The position numbers and the translations under genes are program-made. The notes under the pieces were generated by a model, which saw only the letters and a list, made by a program, of their open reading frames with translations, made no database searches and had not been told where the DNA came from. This document shows positions 26,932 to 36,694 of a stretch of DNA of 64,000 nucleotides, piece after piece (positions within the stretch are counted from its first letter, which is position 1; the number at the start of each line of letters is the position of its first letter). The stretch lies in NCBI GenBank assembly GCA_020351995.1, contig CP070674.1, positions 3,299,747-3,363,746 of the forward strand. Reading direction: 5' to 3'. The DNA is from Candidatus Zixiibacteriota bacterium. GTDB lineage: Bacteria; Zixibacteria; MSB-5A5; GN15; FEB-12.

Positions 26932-28614
26932 TCATTGCAGGATGAGTTCGACAGACAGTCCTTTCACGGTAGTCTCAAGGTAGAACCACTGATATTTCAA
27001 TCTCAAGCTGAATCCCAGGTTAGTGTCTCCAATCGGCCAGGTCCGGCTATCAAGGCCGAGAGCAAGTGTCGGGCCGATATTGTTATATTCGGAACGCAGT
27101 CCGAAGGCCATGCCTCCTTCCACGCGCAGGGCTCGCAGTTCAGCGATTTCGATCGGAATGCCGCCACCCACAGACGGCACCAGCAGAGACCGCTTCTGTT
27201 CTGAGTTCGACGGCAGCAGATAGATACTGAATGAAACGTTTCTCAAGACCATCAAATCGTCCCAGAACCCATAGCCTGTCCCGATCAAGCCCCCGGCCTG
27301 CTCCTGGCCATCCGCAAACAGGAGCTGCGCCCCGAAATGCAGCAAGACACCTTTGTAGCTCGGATGGTAATACCGATCCTGAATCCATCGTACCGATGCC
27401 CAGTCGGGATCATTTCTAATCAGGTCGTCCGGAGAAGCCAGCGGGATGGCCACAAACGGGGCGGGTATAAGCCAGTCAGGCACGGCCGAGGGTGGATATA
27501 GAAAATCGGCGTCTATACCATCCGGATCCGGATCGCGCATATTCTCGTCGCGCAACTGGGGGTAGTGGAAGCGTTTGCTGATACCGAAGTTATCCCGTTC
27601 TGAGGTACGAAAGCTCCAGGTAGCCGCAACCGGCATAGGAATGAGAAGCAGAGTCGGTAACACGCGATCATTGTAATATTCAGCACCATCCTCATCCGAA
27701 AGCCATGAGGAGACAATATCGGGGAGTGTGACACCGGGAGTGGTTGAATCCATCCATGCTCCGAGCGCTGTTGGCATAGTATATTCGCGCGCGATGAAAA
27801 ACGCCGCCAGAACCTCCTTAAGAGAACATCGGCAGGCTTCCGATACCGCCCGGCGGGTAGGGGCGTACCAGTGCAGCACCCCGTCACCGAAGGCTTGCCA
27901 GGCGTCACCGCGAGAGTTTATCACATACACACCCCGGTGGGCATAGTGATTGTGTGCTTCGATATTGTTTCGTCGCACCAGCCTTGTCAACAGCCCGGAG
28001 CCGGGCACCAGCATGTGACCGGAGGAGAAGCCATCCGCCAGATAGCCCTGTGCCGTCGCTTCCAACCGCAGGGACGCTCGCAGGGTCTGATTCTCGTCCA
28101 GGCCAAGCTCATGACCATAAGCGGCCACACGAAGGGCCATGAGATGATAAATAAGATAAGCGCCGACGACGTTGCGGGCTTTCAGCCCTCGAATTCGCGC
28201 GGTGGTTGAAAGAGAGTCGATCGCTGAAAACCCCTCCCGCCCGCTTATAATGGCGTTCCAGGTTTCAACAACTTCTTCTTTCGTAACCCAGCGGAGTTGG
28301 TCCAGAAGAGAGCTACCGCGTTCGTGAAAACGGTCCCGGGCAAGATCATCGGCCGCATCCTCGGCGCTCAATTCTCCGAAATTGAGTCCGCCACTCAGCT
28401 TATGAGGAAAGGTGAAGCCGGCTGTCTCACCACCCACCGCATACGCCGTGTCAGCGAGGCGCCGGGCACAATCCCGCATTGTCTGGTGGTAAGTTGAATC
28501 TCCGAGAATTCGGTGTTCGTTTTTCTCCCAGGCGAGCGCCGTCTTTGCCGCACTTCCCATGAGCAGGAGTGAAAGAACTCCCCCGGACATTATCTTTCTT
28601 ATAATTTCAGACAC
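26932..28614 (-). CDS. Secreted 560-aa protein, unknown function; possible phospholipase C / P1-nuclease-like N-terminal domain and beta-rich C-terminus
   Basis: Signal peptide ending ALA, then WEKNEH (Trp1...His6 spacing as in S1/P1 and zinc PLC enzymes). YLADGFSSGH follows later. It overlaps the dipeptidase stop by 8 nt. The domain call is tentative. Confidence 0.3.
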   Translation of the reverse strand: MSEIIRKIMSGGVLSLLLMGSAAKTALAWEKNEHRILGDSTYHQTMRDCARRLADTAYAVGGETAGFTFPHKLSGGLNFGELSAEDAADDLARDRFHERGSSLLDQLRWVTKEEVVETWNAIISGREGFSAIDSLSTTARIRGLKARNVVGAYLIYHLMALRVAAYGHELGLDENQTLRASLRLEATAQGYLADGFSSGHMLVPGSGLLTRLVRRNNIEAHNHYAHRGVYVINSRGDAWQAFGDGVLHWYAPTRRAVSEACRCSLKEVLAAFFIAREYTMPTALGAWMDSTTPGVTLPDIVSSWLSDEDGAEYYNDRVLPTLLLIPMPVAATWSFRTSERDNFGISKRFHYPQLRDENMRDPDPDGIDADFLYPPSAVPDWLIPAPFVAIPLASPDDLIRNDPDWASVRWIQDRYYHPSYKGVLLHFGAQLLFADGQEQAGGLIGTGYGFWDDLMVLRNVSFSIYLLPSNSEQKRSLLVPSVGGGIPIEIAELRALRVEGGMAFGLRSEYNNIGPTLALGLDSRTWPIGDTNLGFSLRLKYQWFYLETTVKGLSVELILQ

Positions 28615-29854
28615 CGGTTTTCCAGTTCGTTTTCAGAAACTCCATGGCGTTATTTGCCATGATATCTTCGACCACATCGGAATTGCCGAACTCACTCTCA
28701 AGCATGTTCGAGAGCCGATGGATCTGGCTGATTCGATTCATATCCCTGGGCGCCCCGATATAACCGGAGAAATCACTGCCGATACCTACATGCTTGTGAG
28801 TGCCGCACACTTTGACAAGGTGAAGCACCTGGCGTACGACATCGCGCAGGGAACCTTCCTTTTCGGCTAAGCTGGCTGTCGTATAATTGCCAAGAAGGTA
28901 GGGGTCGATAATGACGCCCATGATACCGCCGTCGGAGACTATTTGTTGAACCTGGTCGTCGTAAACAGCGTAGGGGTGTTCGGACAGGGTCCTCGATGAG
29001 GCGTGACTAACTGCCAGCGGCCTGGTTGCGACTTTGATGATGTCGTCGATAGCGGTTGCCGTTGCGTGCGTTACATCGACGATCATACCCAACCGCTCCA
29101 TCTCATGAATAACATCTCGTCCGAACTCACTTAAGCCCAGATGCGGCCGCCGGTTGTTTCCATCCGGAAAGAAGGGATACGAATTGGCCGCCGACGCTAT
29201 GTCCTTGCTAAAGAAGTGGGTAACATCGAGCATGGCCACGCCCCGCCGGGCAAGTTGCTCGAGGGGATCAATGCTTCCCCCGAGAGCATGGCCGCCTTCA
29301 ACCGTGTGGACGACTGCTATCCTGTAGTCCGCACTTGTCTTAGGGATACTCGTCAGCTTTTGCAGCATGGTGGCATTTTTGGCCAGGGTAGCGTAAGGTC
29401 GGGCCGGACCGCTCAACTGTTCCTGCAATTGATCCATCATCCGGAAGGTGTTCACGGGTGCTTCAGGGTTAGGATCGGTCGGCATCGATAGCCACTCATC
29501 GAAAACGTTGAAGTGTGCCACACAGATAACGTCAACACCGGCCCTGTGACAGTCTTCCCATTCCATGCCGGTTCGATTGAAAAACTTTTCTGCCAGCCAG
29601 ACGAGGGCAGGGAATCTGAGACCCAGAGGTGTCTGTCGATTCCAATCATTTATAACGGAGTGACAATGAAGGTCGGCGAGAACGCGACGAGTGGGACGAG
29701 GCACCAGGGACGGACGCCGGGTGGCACAACCCAGCGCCGAGAGGACCGAACCGGTCCCCAATAGACCGACTGATGCGCGAAGCGAATTACTCAAGAAGTC
29801 CCTGCGCGTAAATTTGCTGATATCAAACTCCCTGTTGGCAAGCGTTATTGTCAT
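28607..29854 (-). CDS. Tat-signal lipoprotein, membrane dipeptidase (peptidase M19) family
   Basis: TRRDFLS twin-arginine motif and LSALGC lipobox. DLHCHS, VHTVEGGHAL, VDVTHAT, SHASS and IGSDFSG match the M19 metal-ligand pattern. Confidence 0.65.
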   Translation of the reverse strand: MTITLANREFDISKFTRRDFLSNSLRASVGLLGTGSVLSALGCATRRPSLVPRPTRRVLADLHCHSVINDWNRQTPLGLRFPALVWLAEKFFNRTGMEWEDCHRAGVDVICVAHFNVFDEWLSMPTDPNPEAPVNTFRMMDQLQEQLSGPARPYATLAKNATMLQKLTSIPKTSADYRIAVVHTVEGGHALGGSIDPLEQLARRGVAMLDVTHFFSKDIASAANSYPFFPDGNNRRPHLGLSEFGRDVIHEMERLGMIVDVTHATATAIDDIIKVATRPLAVSHASSRTLSEHPYAVYDDQVQQIVSDGGIMGVIIDPYLLGNYTTASLAEKEGSLRDVVRQVLHLVKVCGTHKHVGIGSDFSGYIGAPRDMNRISQIHRLSNMLESEFGNSDVVEDIMANNAMEFLKTNWKTGV

Positions 29855-30054
29855 AGTGAGATTTCATATGATGTCTAAGATGCTGCCAGATGCTGTAAAC
29901 AAAGTAATGGCCGGGAGCATTAACGTCAAGTGCTATCAATATGGCCCTCCGCCTCAGCCTATAACCTGACTCCCACACAAATGACTTGATGTCGCCGCTG
30001 CCGTGGGCTAAATTTGGTTATATCAGCGTTGAATATCAATTGAATTAGCCGGAC

Positions 30055-31365
30055 ATGAATATCATGAAACAGCCTGATGATCTGCAGGTTCATCGCCTTA
30101 AGCGTGCTGTGGAGGAGCTTTCGGTCCTCAACGATATCGCCACGGCTGTGAACATCACGATGTCCATCGAGGAGGTCTCGCGCATCATTGTGAGCCGCTG
30201 TACCCGGCACCTTGGGGCCGAGCAGGGAGCTATCTTCATACTTGCCGGAGAAGACCGATTGTCGGATAGTTTCAAAACATATGTCAGGTCGCAAGATTCC
30301 CGGATTGACCGGCTCCCGATTCATCTCGACCAACAATTGAAAGGGTGGATGTTGAAGAATCGGAAGGTCCTCATATGCAACGACCCCAACGAAGACAGGC
30401 GATTTGCCGGTAAGGATTTCATCAAGCGGGGGGTTCGATCAATCCTTGCCGTTCCCCTGCTGGAACGCCGGGAGCTTATCGGAATGTTAACAGTGTTCAA
30501 CAAACAGGCGGAAGAAGACTTCGATGACGATGATGGGCGCTTTCTTTCGATTGTTGGAGCGCAGGCGGCTACTACCTTAGAAAAGGCGCGTCTATTTCAG
30601 CGAGAAGCGCAGTTCGTACGACAGGTTCAGGGCCGAAGGATGCAGTCGCTGGCTCAGCTTGTGGCCGGTGTCGCTCACGAAGTTAACAATCCTATTGGAG
30701 CCGTGGCCGGCACATCCGAGTTGCTTAGACGAGCCGTGGCCAAACTGGCCAGGGCTATTGAGGACAGCGACGTACAGAACCTTGGTGACTTCGCTGAAAT
30801 TCGAAATGCTTTGACCGCCATTGAGAAGGCCGCCAGCGTTATAGAATCGGGCAGCTTACGCGTAGCAGAGATTGTCAGGAGACTAAAGAGTTTTGCTCAA
30901 CTCGATCAGTCCGAACTCCAGACTATCGATGTTCACATGCTGATGGAGGATTGCCTCGCACTCCTGGAGACACGGTTCAAAGACAGAATCAAGATAGAGA
31001 AGAATCTCGGGTCGCTTCCGAAGATACGCTGTTATTCGGCGGCACTCAACCAGGTGTTTTTCCATGTTCTCTTGAATGCCACCGAGGCCATCACCGGTCG
31101 CGGCCACATAGGCATCGTCACCCGCAGCCAGGATGAATTCGCTGTCATCGAGATATCGGATTCCGGAAAAGGGATTCCGCACGATGCCCTGTCGCGAGTT
31201 TTCGACCCCGGGTTTACCACCAAGGGAGTGGGAGTGGGTACCGGGCTGGGCCTGCCAATCTGTTACCAGATTATACAGTCTCATAACGGGGAAATAGACA
31301 TTCAGAGTGAAATCGATAGAGGAACAAAAGTAACCATTCGAATCCCGGTTGAATACTCTACCTGA
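30055..31365 (+). CDS. Cytoplasmic GAF-domain sensor histidine kinase
   Basis: N-terminal GAF-like region. H-box GVAHEVNNPIG; HATPase motifs SDSGKGIP and GTGLGLPICY. Confidence 0.85.
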   Translation: MNIMKQPDDLQVHRLKRAVEELSVLNDIATAVNITMSIEEVSRIIVSRCTRHLGAEQGAIFILAGEDRLSDSFKTYVRSQDSRIDRLPIHLDQQLKGWMLKNRKVLICNDPNEDRRFAGKDFIKRGVRSILAVPLLERRELIGMLTVFNKQAEEDFDDDDGRFLSIVGAQAATTLEKARLFQREAQFVRQVQGRRMQSLAQLVAGVAHEVNNPIGAVAGTSELLRRAVAKLARAIEDSDVQNLGDFAEIRNALTAIEKAASVIESGSLRVAEIVRRLKSFAQLDQSELQTIDVHMLMEDCLALLETRFKDRIKIEKNLGSLPKIRCYSAALNQVFFHVLLNATEAITGRGHIGIVTRSQDEFAVIEISDSGKGIPHDALSRVFDPGFTTKGVGVGTGLGLPICYQIIQSHNGEIDIQSEIDRGTKVTIRIPVEYST

Positions 31366-31373
31366 GACACAGG

Positions 31374-32102
31374 GTGGGCACATTGAAAATCAGTGCCAGT
31401 ATAATTAGTAGGCTACATCAGGAAATTGCCCGAAATGACAAGCCCGAGAACCGCATCAACTATCAGCAATTCTTCAAAGAGAAGCTGAAAGAACCAGTGG
31501 GCCTTAAGGCGCCGGTCCTTCGCAAAATCTCAAACAATGTTTTCAAAGAAATCAAGAGTCTTTCCCCGAAGGAGATTCTGGACTTGTGCGATGATCTGCT
31601 GGCTTCGGGCCGTCGGTATATGAGGTTTTTCGCGTTTGAATGGGCCCTTAAGATAAAGGGCAGGTATACCAAAGGTGATTTCAAGAGATTTGAGAGGTGG
31701 TTGAAGGACTATGTCGAGGGTTGGGGAAGTTGCGACCACCTTTGCTGCGGGCCGCTGGGGCACCTAATCCTGCAGTTTCCTGAACTGGTCAAGAAGACCA
31801 AGCTGTGGACGCGGTCGAAGAACCAGTGGGTGCGCCGGGCGTCTGCGGTCAGCTTGATTGTACCGGTGAGGAAGGGCCTTTTGCTGAGTGAAGTCTTTGC
31901 CACGGCGGATAAGTTAATGATGGATTCTGAGGATTTGGTGCAAAAAGGTTATGGCTGGATGTTGAAAGAAGCGAGTAACACTTTTCGCCAGGACGTCTTC
32001 GTATATGTAATGAAGCATAAAGCGCGAATGCCACGGACGGCCCTGCGCTACGCCATCGAGAAAATGCCTGTCGACCTGCGTAAGAGGGCCATGGCAAAAT
32101 AG
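31374..32102 (+). CDS. DNA alkylation repair (AlkD-like HEAT-repeat) family protein
   Basis: QQFFKEKLKEPVGLKAPVLRKI and WVRRASAVSLIV helical-repeat signatures, recalled from the PF08713 family. Confidence 0.55.
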   Translation: MGTLKISASIISRLHQEIARNDKPENRINYQQFFKEKLKEPVGLKAPVLRKISNNVFKEIKSLSPKEILDLCDDLLASGRRYMRFFAFEWALKIKGRYTKGDFKRFERWLKDYVEGWGSCDHLCCGPLGHLILQFPELVKKTKLWTRSKNQWVRRASAVSLIVPVRKGLLLSEVFATADKLMMDSEDLVQKGYGWMLKEASNTFRQDVFVYVMKHKARMPRTALRYAIEKMPVDLRKRAMAK

Positions 32103-32124
32103 CACGTCAAAACAGGGGTATAAC

Positions 32125-33375
32125 ATGGGACATACAGTAGCCAAAGATATCTATCGCAAGCTGGGCAAAAAGATCGACGGCCTCAGAATGCGGGCTCCCT
32201 GGAACGAAACCTTCCGCGCCATCCTCAAGGAATTATACACAACCGAGGAAGCGGATCTGATAGTCAAGATGCCATACAGCCTCGCCGACTTTGACCGCAT
32301 TCAGAAAGTCACTAATTATGAACCAACCAAACTGCGGAAACTTCTCGATGGTCTGTGTTCCAAAGGCTTGGTGATGGATATGTGGATGATGGGCGGCTAC
32401 CGGTATATGGTATCACCGCTGATCATCGGGATTTTCGAGTTCACCATGATGCGAACCCGGGGCGAGTTGAAAACGAAAGAATGGGCGAAGCTGTTTCACG
32501 AGTACATGCAAGACCAGAGAACCTTCTATTCCGCCAATTTTGGTCATAACGAAAAAGTGTCGGTACTGAGGGCTTTGCCGTGGGAGGAAACTATCGACGA
32601 CTCAGATTACGTGGAGGTACTCGATTACGAAAAGGCTTCGGCTATACTGGACAGCCACAAGAAGTTCGCCATTGGAATCTGCTCGTGCAGGCACGAAAAA
32701 CTGCACCTGGGTGAGAAAAAATGCGACGTACCATTGGAGACCTGTTCGACGTTTGGCCTGTCCGTAGATTACATGGTCAAGAATGGATTCGCCAAAGAAG
32801 TGTCAAAGTCGGAAATGCAGGAGAACCTTGCTCGCTCAAGAGAATTGGGGCTAGTTCTCTGCGCGGACAATAACAAGAAGAATATATCGTTTATCTGCCA
32901 CTGCTGCGGCTGTTGCTGTAACATATTACTGGGTATAAGCAAATTTGGCTACCCCGGCATCCTGGTAACATCAACGTTTATAGCCAGCCATGATGAAGAC
33001 AACTGCACCGATTGCGGAGACTGCATCGAGGCCTGTCCCATCAACGCTATTGACGAGCATGTGGACAATGGGCCCGTGATCAATGAATCCATCTGTGTAG
33101 GGTGTGGTGTTTGCGCTCTTAAGTGTCCATCGGAGGCACTGCGACTCGTAAAGCGTAAACAGCGGGTATTACACCCCGAGGATACTTTCGAGAGAATAAT
33201 ACTTCAGTGTCTTGAAAAAGGAACTCTTCAAAACCTTCTTTTTGACGAACCAGAGCGTCTCTCACACAAGTTTTTGCGGGGATTCGTAGGCGGGTTTCTG
33301 AAACTTCCCCCGGTGAAAAAGTCACTGATGAGCGACCGGCTAAGATCCTCGTTCCTCAGCACCCTCAGAAAATAA
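32125..33375 (+). CDS. Cys-rich 4Fe-4S dicluster-domain protein (long paralogue)
   Basis: ICSCRHEK...C...C, ICHCCGCCCN, CTDCGDCIEACP and CVGCGVCALKCP. Confidence 0.75.
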   Translation: MGHTVAKDIYRKLGKKIDGLRMRAPWNETFRAILKELYTTEEADLIVKMPYSLADFDRIQKVTNYEPTKLRKLLDGLCSKGLVMDMWMMGGYRYMVSPLIIGIFEFTMMRTRGELKTKEWAKLFHEYMQDQRTFYSANFGHNEKVSVLRALPWEETIDDSDYVEVLDYEKASAILDSHKKFAIGICSCRHEKLHLGEKKCDVPLETCSTFGLSVDYMVKNGFAKEVSKSEMQENLARSRELGLVLCADNNKKNISFICHCCGCCCNILLGISKFGYPGILVTSTFIASHDEDNCTDCGDCIEACPINAIDEHVDNGPVINESICVGCGVCALKCPSEALRLVKRKQRVLHPEDTFERIILQCLEKGTLQNLLFDEPERLSHKFLRGFVGGFLKLPPVKKSLMSDRLRSSFLSTLRK

Positions 33376-33387
33376 AAAAGGCCGCCG

Positions 33388-33714
33388 TTACTGTTTTTTC
33401 GTAAGACTGCCCAGAGCACCGATCATTTTCTGCCTGTATGTCTCGAAGTTGCTTCTTCCCTCGGCGGTCAGCGTCAAATCCGTCCGGGGGAAATTACCGG
33501 CGAAGCCCTTTTCAACCTTGAGGTAACCGGCGGCGGCCAGCTTACGTATGTGAGCCGAGAGATTGCCCGGTGTGAGACCCGTCTGTTTCTGGACAAATAC
33601 AAAGTCGGCACTCTGGAGAACATATAGCAAGGCCATGATGTTGTACCGGGCCGGCTCATGTATCAGCAGGTCAACGCCATCGATCAGATTGGGCCGATAC
33701 CTTTCAGATACCAT
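33388..33714 (-). CDS. Winged-helix transcriptional regulator (module 2)
   Basis: IHEPARYNIMALLYVLQSADFVFVQKQTGLTPGNLSAHIRKLAAAGYL is clearly paralogous to the 7211-7546 product. It has the same 11-nt overlap (ATGGTATCTGA) with the upstream gene. Confidence 0.7.
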   Translation of the reverse strand: MVSERYRPNLIDGVDLLIHEPARYNIMALLYVLQSADFVFVQKQTGLTPGNLSAHIRKLAAAGYLKVEKGFAGNFPRTDLTLTAEGRSNFETYRQKMIGALGSLTKKQ

Positions 33715-34354
33715 TGGCCACCTCGCGCTCGGGGAGGGGATTGTTCTTGAGGAAACTAACCAGAAATACCACGCCCACGATGATTATTCCAACAGCCGGA
33801 ATCCCAAAGGCAATCAACTCGTCGGCCGGGGTTCCGACCTGGGAGTATAAGATCTCGGCAAGGGGAATGCCTCCCGCAAAGAAGACAGCGTAAATGTAAA
33901 GCCGCTTGAATTCAGAGAAGTATGCGAGAACCGAGACGCCCACAAAGATAGCAAGACTTTCGATCAGGGGTACCGTCATGCCGCCGGGCCCGTTGAAACC
34001 TGATATCCTCACTCCCCACACCGACACTATGACAATCAAGGCGTAAGTAATCGCCAGTGACACGACACCGAAGCCGAACATTTTGGTCCCGCGACTGAGC
34101 CGTTCTTTACCATATCGGGCTGAGCCGAGTCTCGGTGCCGTAATGTATTTCTTACCTGCCAACAGGAGAACGGCCGGGATGGCCAGAAACGGCAGTGCCG
34201 CCAGAAACATCGATATTCCGGCATCCCTCACAACTGGTACCACTGCCCAGGCCAGCAGAAAAATGCCGTAGCATATGTCATAAAGGCCATCTTGGTAGGT
34301 GGCGCGAAACGCTTTTTGCTCAATCTTCTTTAAATCTTCATTCTGATTCACCAA
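33704..34354 (-). CDS. Membrane protein (module 2 of the duplicated pair)
   Basis: EDLKKIEQKAFRATYQDGLYD, TAPRLG and YIYA match the 6595-7221 product. About 5 TM helices. Confidence 0.6.
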   Translation of the reverse strand: MVNQNEDLKKIEQKAFRATYQDGLYDICYGIFLLAWAVVPVVRDAGISMFLAALPFLAIPAVLLLAGKKYITAPRLGSARYGKERLSRGTKMFGFGVVSLAITYALIVIVSVWGVRISGFNGPGGMTVPLIESLAIFVGVSVLAYFSEFKRLYIYAVFFAGGIPLAEILYSQVGTPADELIAFGIPAVGIIIVGVVFLVSFLKNNPLPEREVANGI

Positions 34355-34367
34355 AAGTACTCCTTTC

Positions 34368-34400
34368 CGTAAAGTAGTGTGCGTTACAGAATACTTTACG
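34368..34400 (-). promoter_or_regulatory. Inverted repeat CGTAAAGTA-N15-TACTTTACG upstream of the module 2 operon, candidate operator
   Basis: Read directly. It lies 14-46 nt upstream of the start codon. The spacer contains TTACAGA, which is also present in the module 1 palindrome. Confidence 0.3.
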
Positions 34401-34497
34401 ACAATAACCGCAAAAAGTTTAGTTATTTCAAGAGCTTTTTTCGAGTTTTCCGTGGTTGTGCCCCGGCCTTGTCGTACAAGGGCTTACGCGCAAGGCT

Positions 34498-35439
34498 TCA
34501 CTCGAACGGCTCCCGGAAATGTGAGTTGGGCCTGATGAAAAGCCGCGAATGGGCATAGTCGAATACGATGTTGAAGCGTCTGATAGCATCACCGCCGAGA
34601 ATACCGTCGGCTCCCTCCTGTTTCGAGCGTACGGTTGCCGGAGCAAATGAAGTGGCCACGTCGAACAAATCGTAACCCTCTAGACAAAGACGGTGGCTTC
34701 TTCCGCGATGGCCGGTGATATCGCCGCTCAGCCCGGTACCCAGGTAGCCTTGTTCGAGGTCGTCCGGCATTGAGAACTTCTGGTCGTCTCTCACCAACAA
34801 CTCGAGAGCATCTCCGGAGGCCAGGTCAATGTACATAGTAGCAGAGACTGTGTCCCCCGGTATGACCTCCAACTCGCATTGGAGGAAAGGCATGTCTTTT
34901 TTCATCACGACAGGGACGCGCCGCCAGGTTGTATCGGCCTGAAAGGAGCCAGTTTCGTGCAGGACGATGGTCCTGGTGTCATAGTCGATCTCGACGGTAT
35001 AGTGTCCAAAGAAATTCCATCCGATGACACCATCGGTAGGGAAATTCTGGGTGTGGGGACTGCTGGAGATAAGCACTCTCTGACTGTCCACTGTCACATC
35101 GCCGAACACCAGCCGACCAGTTTCGATCATGATAGCGGTTGAGGGTTCTCCGGCACCGGCTCCCGGTACCTTGACTTCAATGGCACCCGTGGTATCGATT
35201 TCGGCTGCCAACTCCTTATGGAACAGATAGACTCCATCGAAGCGCATGCCTGTATCGAGGATCAGATTCAGCGGGCTGGAACCGTTGACGGAGGTCGGGA
35301 CAATCACCCGGTTGCGATCGAGCTTGAAAGGAACTCTCTCAGGTTTTTCACCGACCTTCGGGTTGGCAAAGGCCGGAGCACCAGTCGCCATGGCAAAGCA
35401 TAAGACTGATGAAATGGTTAGCGTTCTTAGATTGAGCAT
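34498..35439 (-). CDS. Secreted retropepsin-like aspartyl protease
   Basis: Signal peptide, catalytic LILDTGM (D-T-G) and a second pseudo-half DGILGGDAI. Confidence 0.7.
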   Translation of the reverse strand: MLNLRTLTISSVLCFAMATGAPAFANPKVGEKPERVPFKLDRNRVIVPTSVNGSSPLNLILDTGMRFDGVYLFHKELAAEIDTTGAIEVKVPGAGAGEPSTAIMIETGRLVFGDVTVDSQRVLISSSPHTQNFPTDGVIGWNFFGHYTVEIDYDTRTIVLHETGSFQADTTWRRVPVVMKKDMPFLQCELEVIPGDTVSATMYIDLASGDALELLVRDDQKFSMPDDLEQGYLGTGLSGDITGHRGRSHRLCLEGYDLFDVATSFAPATVRSKQEGADGILGGDAIRRFNIVFDYAHSRLFIRPNSHFREPFE

Positions 35440-35586
35440 GAGTATACTTCCTTTCCGCGGCTAATGACTACCCTGACTGACGAAGTCATGCCAGTTCTGT
35501 TCAATGTGCTGTAAATTTAGCACTTCAGGTGTGATAAGTGTCAATAGAAAAATTTGACCGTGGCGGGTCGCAGTCGCCGGTTGGCA

Positions 35587-35617
35587 TAAAAAAAGAGACT
35601 GGAACGAACCAGCCTCT
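35587..35617 (-). terminator. Rho-independent terminator of the RRM gene
   Basis: On the minus strand AGAGGCUGG-UUCGUU-CCAGUCUCU (one G-U pair) is followed by UUUUUUU. Confidence 0.65.
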
Positions 35618-35640
35618 TCAAATCTCAGTGGGTTTTGATA

Positions 35641-35949
35641 TTACCCGCCGCCACGACCGCCGCCACGTCCTCCGCCGCCGCGACCACCGCGACCGCCACC
35701 CCTTTCGGTCCGCGGACGGGCTTCGTTGACATTCAGCGCCCGTCCGTTCAGCTCCTGGCCATTGAGGCCGCTGATAGCTGCGGTGGCCGCATCCTGACTC
35801 GCCATCTCCACAAAACCGAATCCTCTGGATTCGCCCGAGTATCTGTCGGTAATAATGTTCACGCTTGAGACTTCGCCGAAGCTCTCAAAAGCCTGACGTA
35901 ACTGCTCTTCTGTCGTATCGAACGACAGGTTTCCTACGTAGATATTCAT
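35641..35949 (-). CDS. RRM-type RNA-binding protein with Arg/Gly-rich tail
   Basis: RNP2 IYVGNL and RNP1 RGFGFVEM. The C-terminus reads RGGGRGGRGGGGRGGGRGGG. Confidence 0.9.
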   Translation of the reverse strand: MNIYVGNLSFDTTEEQLRQAFESFGEVSSVNIITDRYSGESRGFGFVEMASQDAATAAISGLNGQELNGRALNVNEARPRTERGGGRGGRGGGGRGGGRGGG

Positions 35950-36354
35950 TCTACACCTTCGTCTTGTCTATCCCCGCTTCCAGCTTTCTCCATTAGGGTG
36001 CGGAGGCATTGGGATAAACCGGTTCATGCGCACTATTGCGCTTCGGTCCCGAGATTCAGCTTTTTGAGAGATTCTTAGAGTCTATAAGATCAACAAAGCC
36101 TTCATAAAAGCAGTGACGGAAACCAATTCTGACACCTAATTATATCGGTTGATATTGATGTTGTCCACAGAAAATATTAACAAGTTTTGAGTTACACAGT
36201 TCCAGGACCGGGATAGTCCCGGATTCGCCGACAGGGGGCAAACCGGAGATGCCTATCTTACAACAGAATTGGGCTTTACGTATCAATTAAAAACTTTTAA
36301 GCGAAAGTTAAATTATTTTGCTGACTAATTAAAACAAGATACTATATTCCGCTT

Positions 36355-36561
36355 ATGGCAATAAAGATAAACCTCGATTTGATGTTGGTTAAAAGAAGTA
36401 TATCGCTGACCGAGCTTTCCGGCCGCATTGGCCTGTCTTTGACGGCGCTATCACTGTTCAAGACAGGAAAACTCAAGGGACTGCGGTTTAATTCGCTGGA
36501 TTCTATCTGTCGAGAGCTTCAATGTCAACCTGGCGACATACTCGAACACATCCCTGACTGA
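36355..36561 (+). CDS. Small Cro/C1-type HTH transcriptional regulator (YozG-like)
   Basis: 68 aa. LMLVKRSISLTELSGRIGLSLTALSLFKTGKLKGLRFNSLDSICRELQCQPGDIL matches the short XRE/YozG architecture. Confidence 0.7.
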   Translation: MAIKINLDLMLVKRSISLTELSGRIGLSLTALSLFKTGKLKGLRFNSLDSICRELQCQPGDILEHIPD

Positions 36562-36694
36562 TACAAGTTGGGACGACATCATGTAATCAGGAAGCGATTA
36601 GAACCGGTCGTTCCGATTATAATCAACATCGTATGCTTCGTCCGTTTCCAATTTGGATTGCGCGCTGGGAATCGGAGTGCGTTATTAGAGCGTT

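Noticed and set aside
35641-35710. GC-rich short tandem repeats (CCGCCGCCACG...), and a similar run at 50259-50330
   Set aside because: Both are in-frame coding sequence for the RGG tail of the RRM protein and the poly-Gly tail of DUF2207. They are not CRISPR or non-coding satellite repeats.
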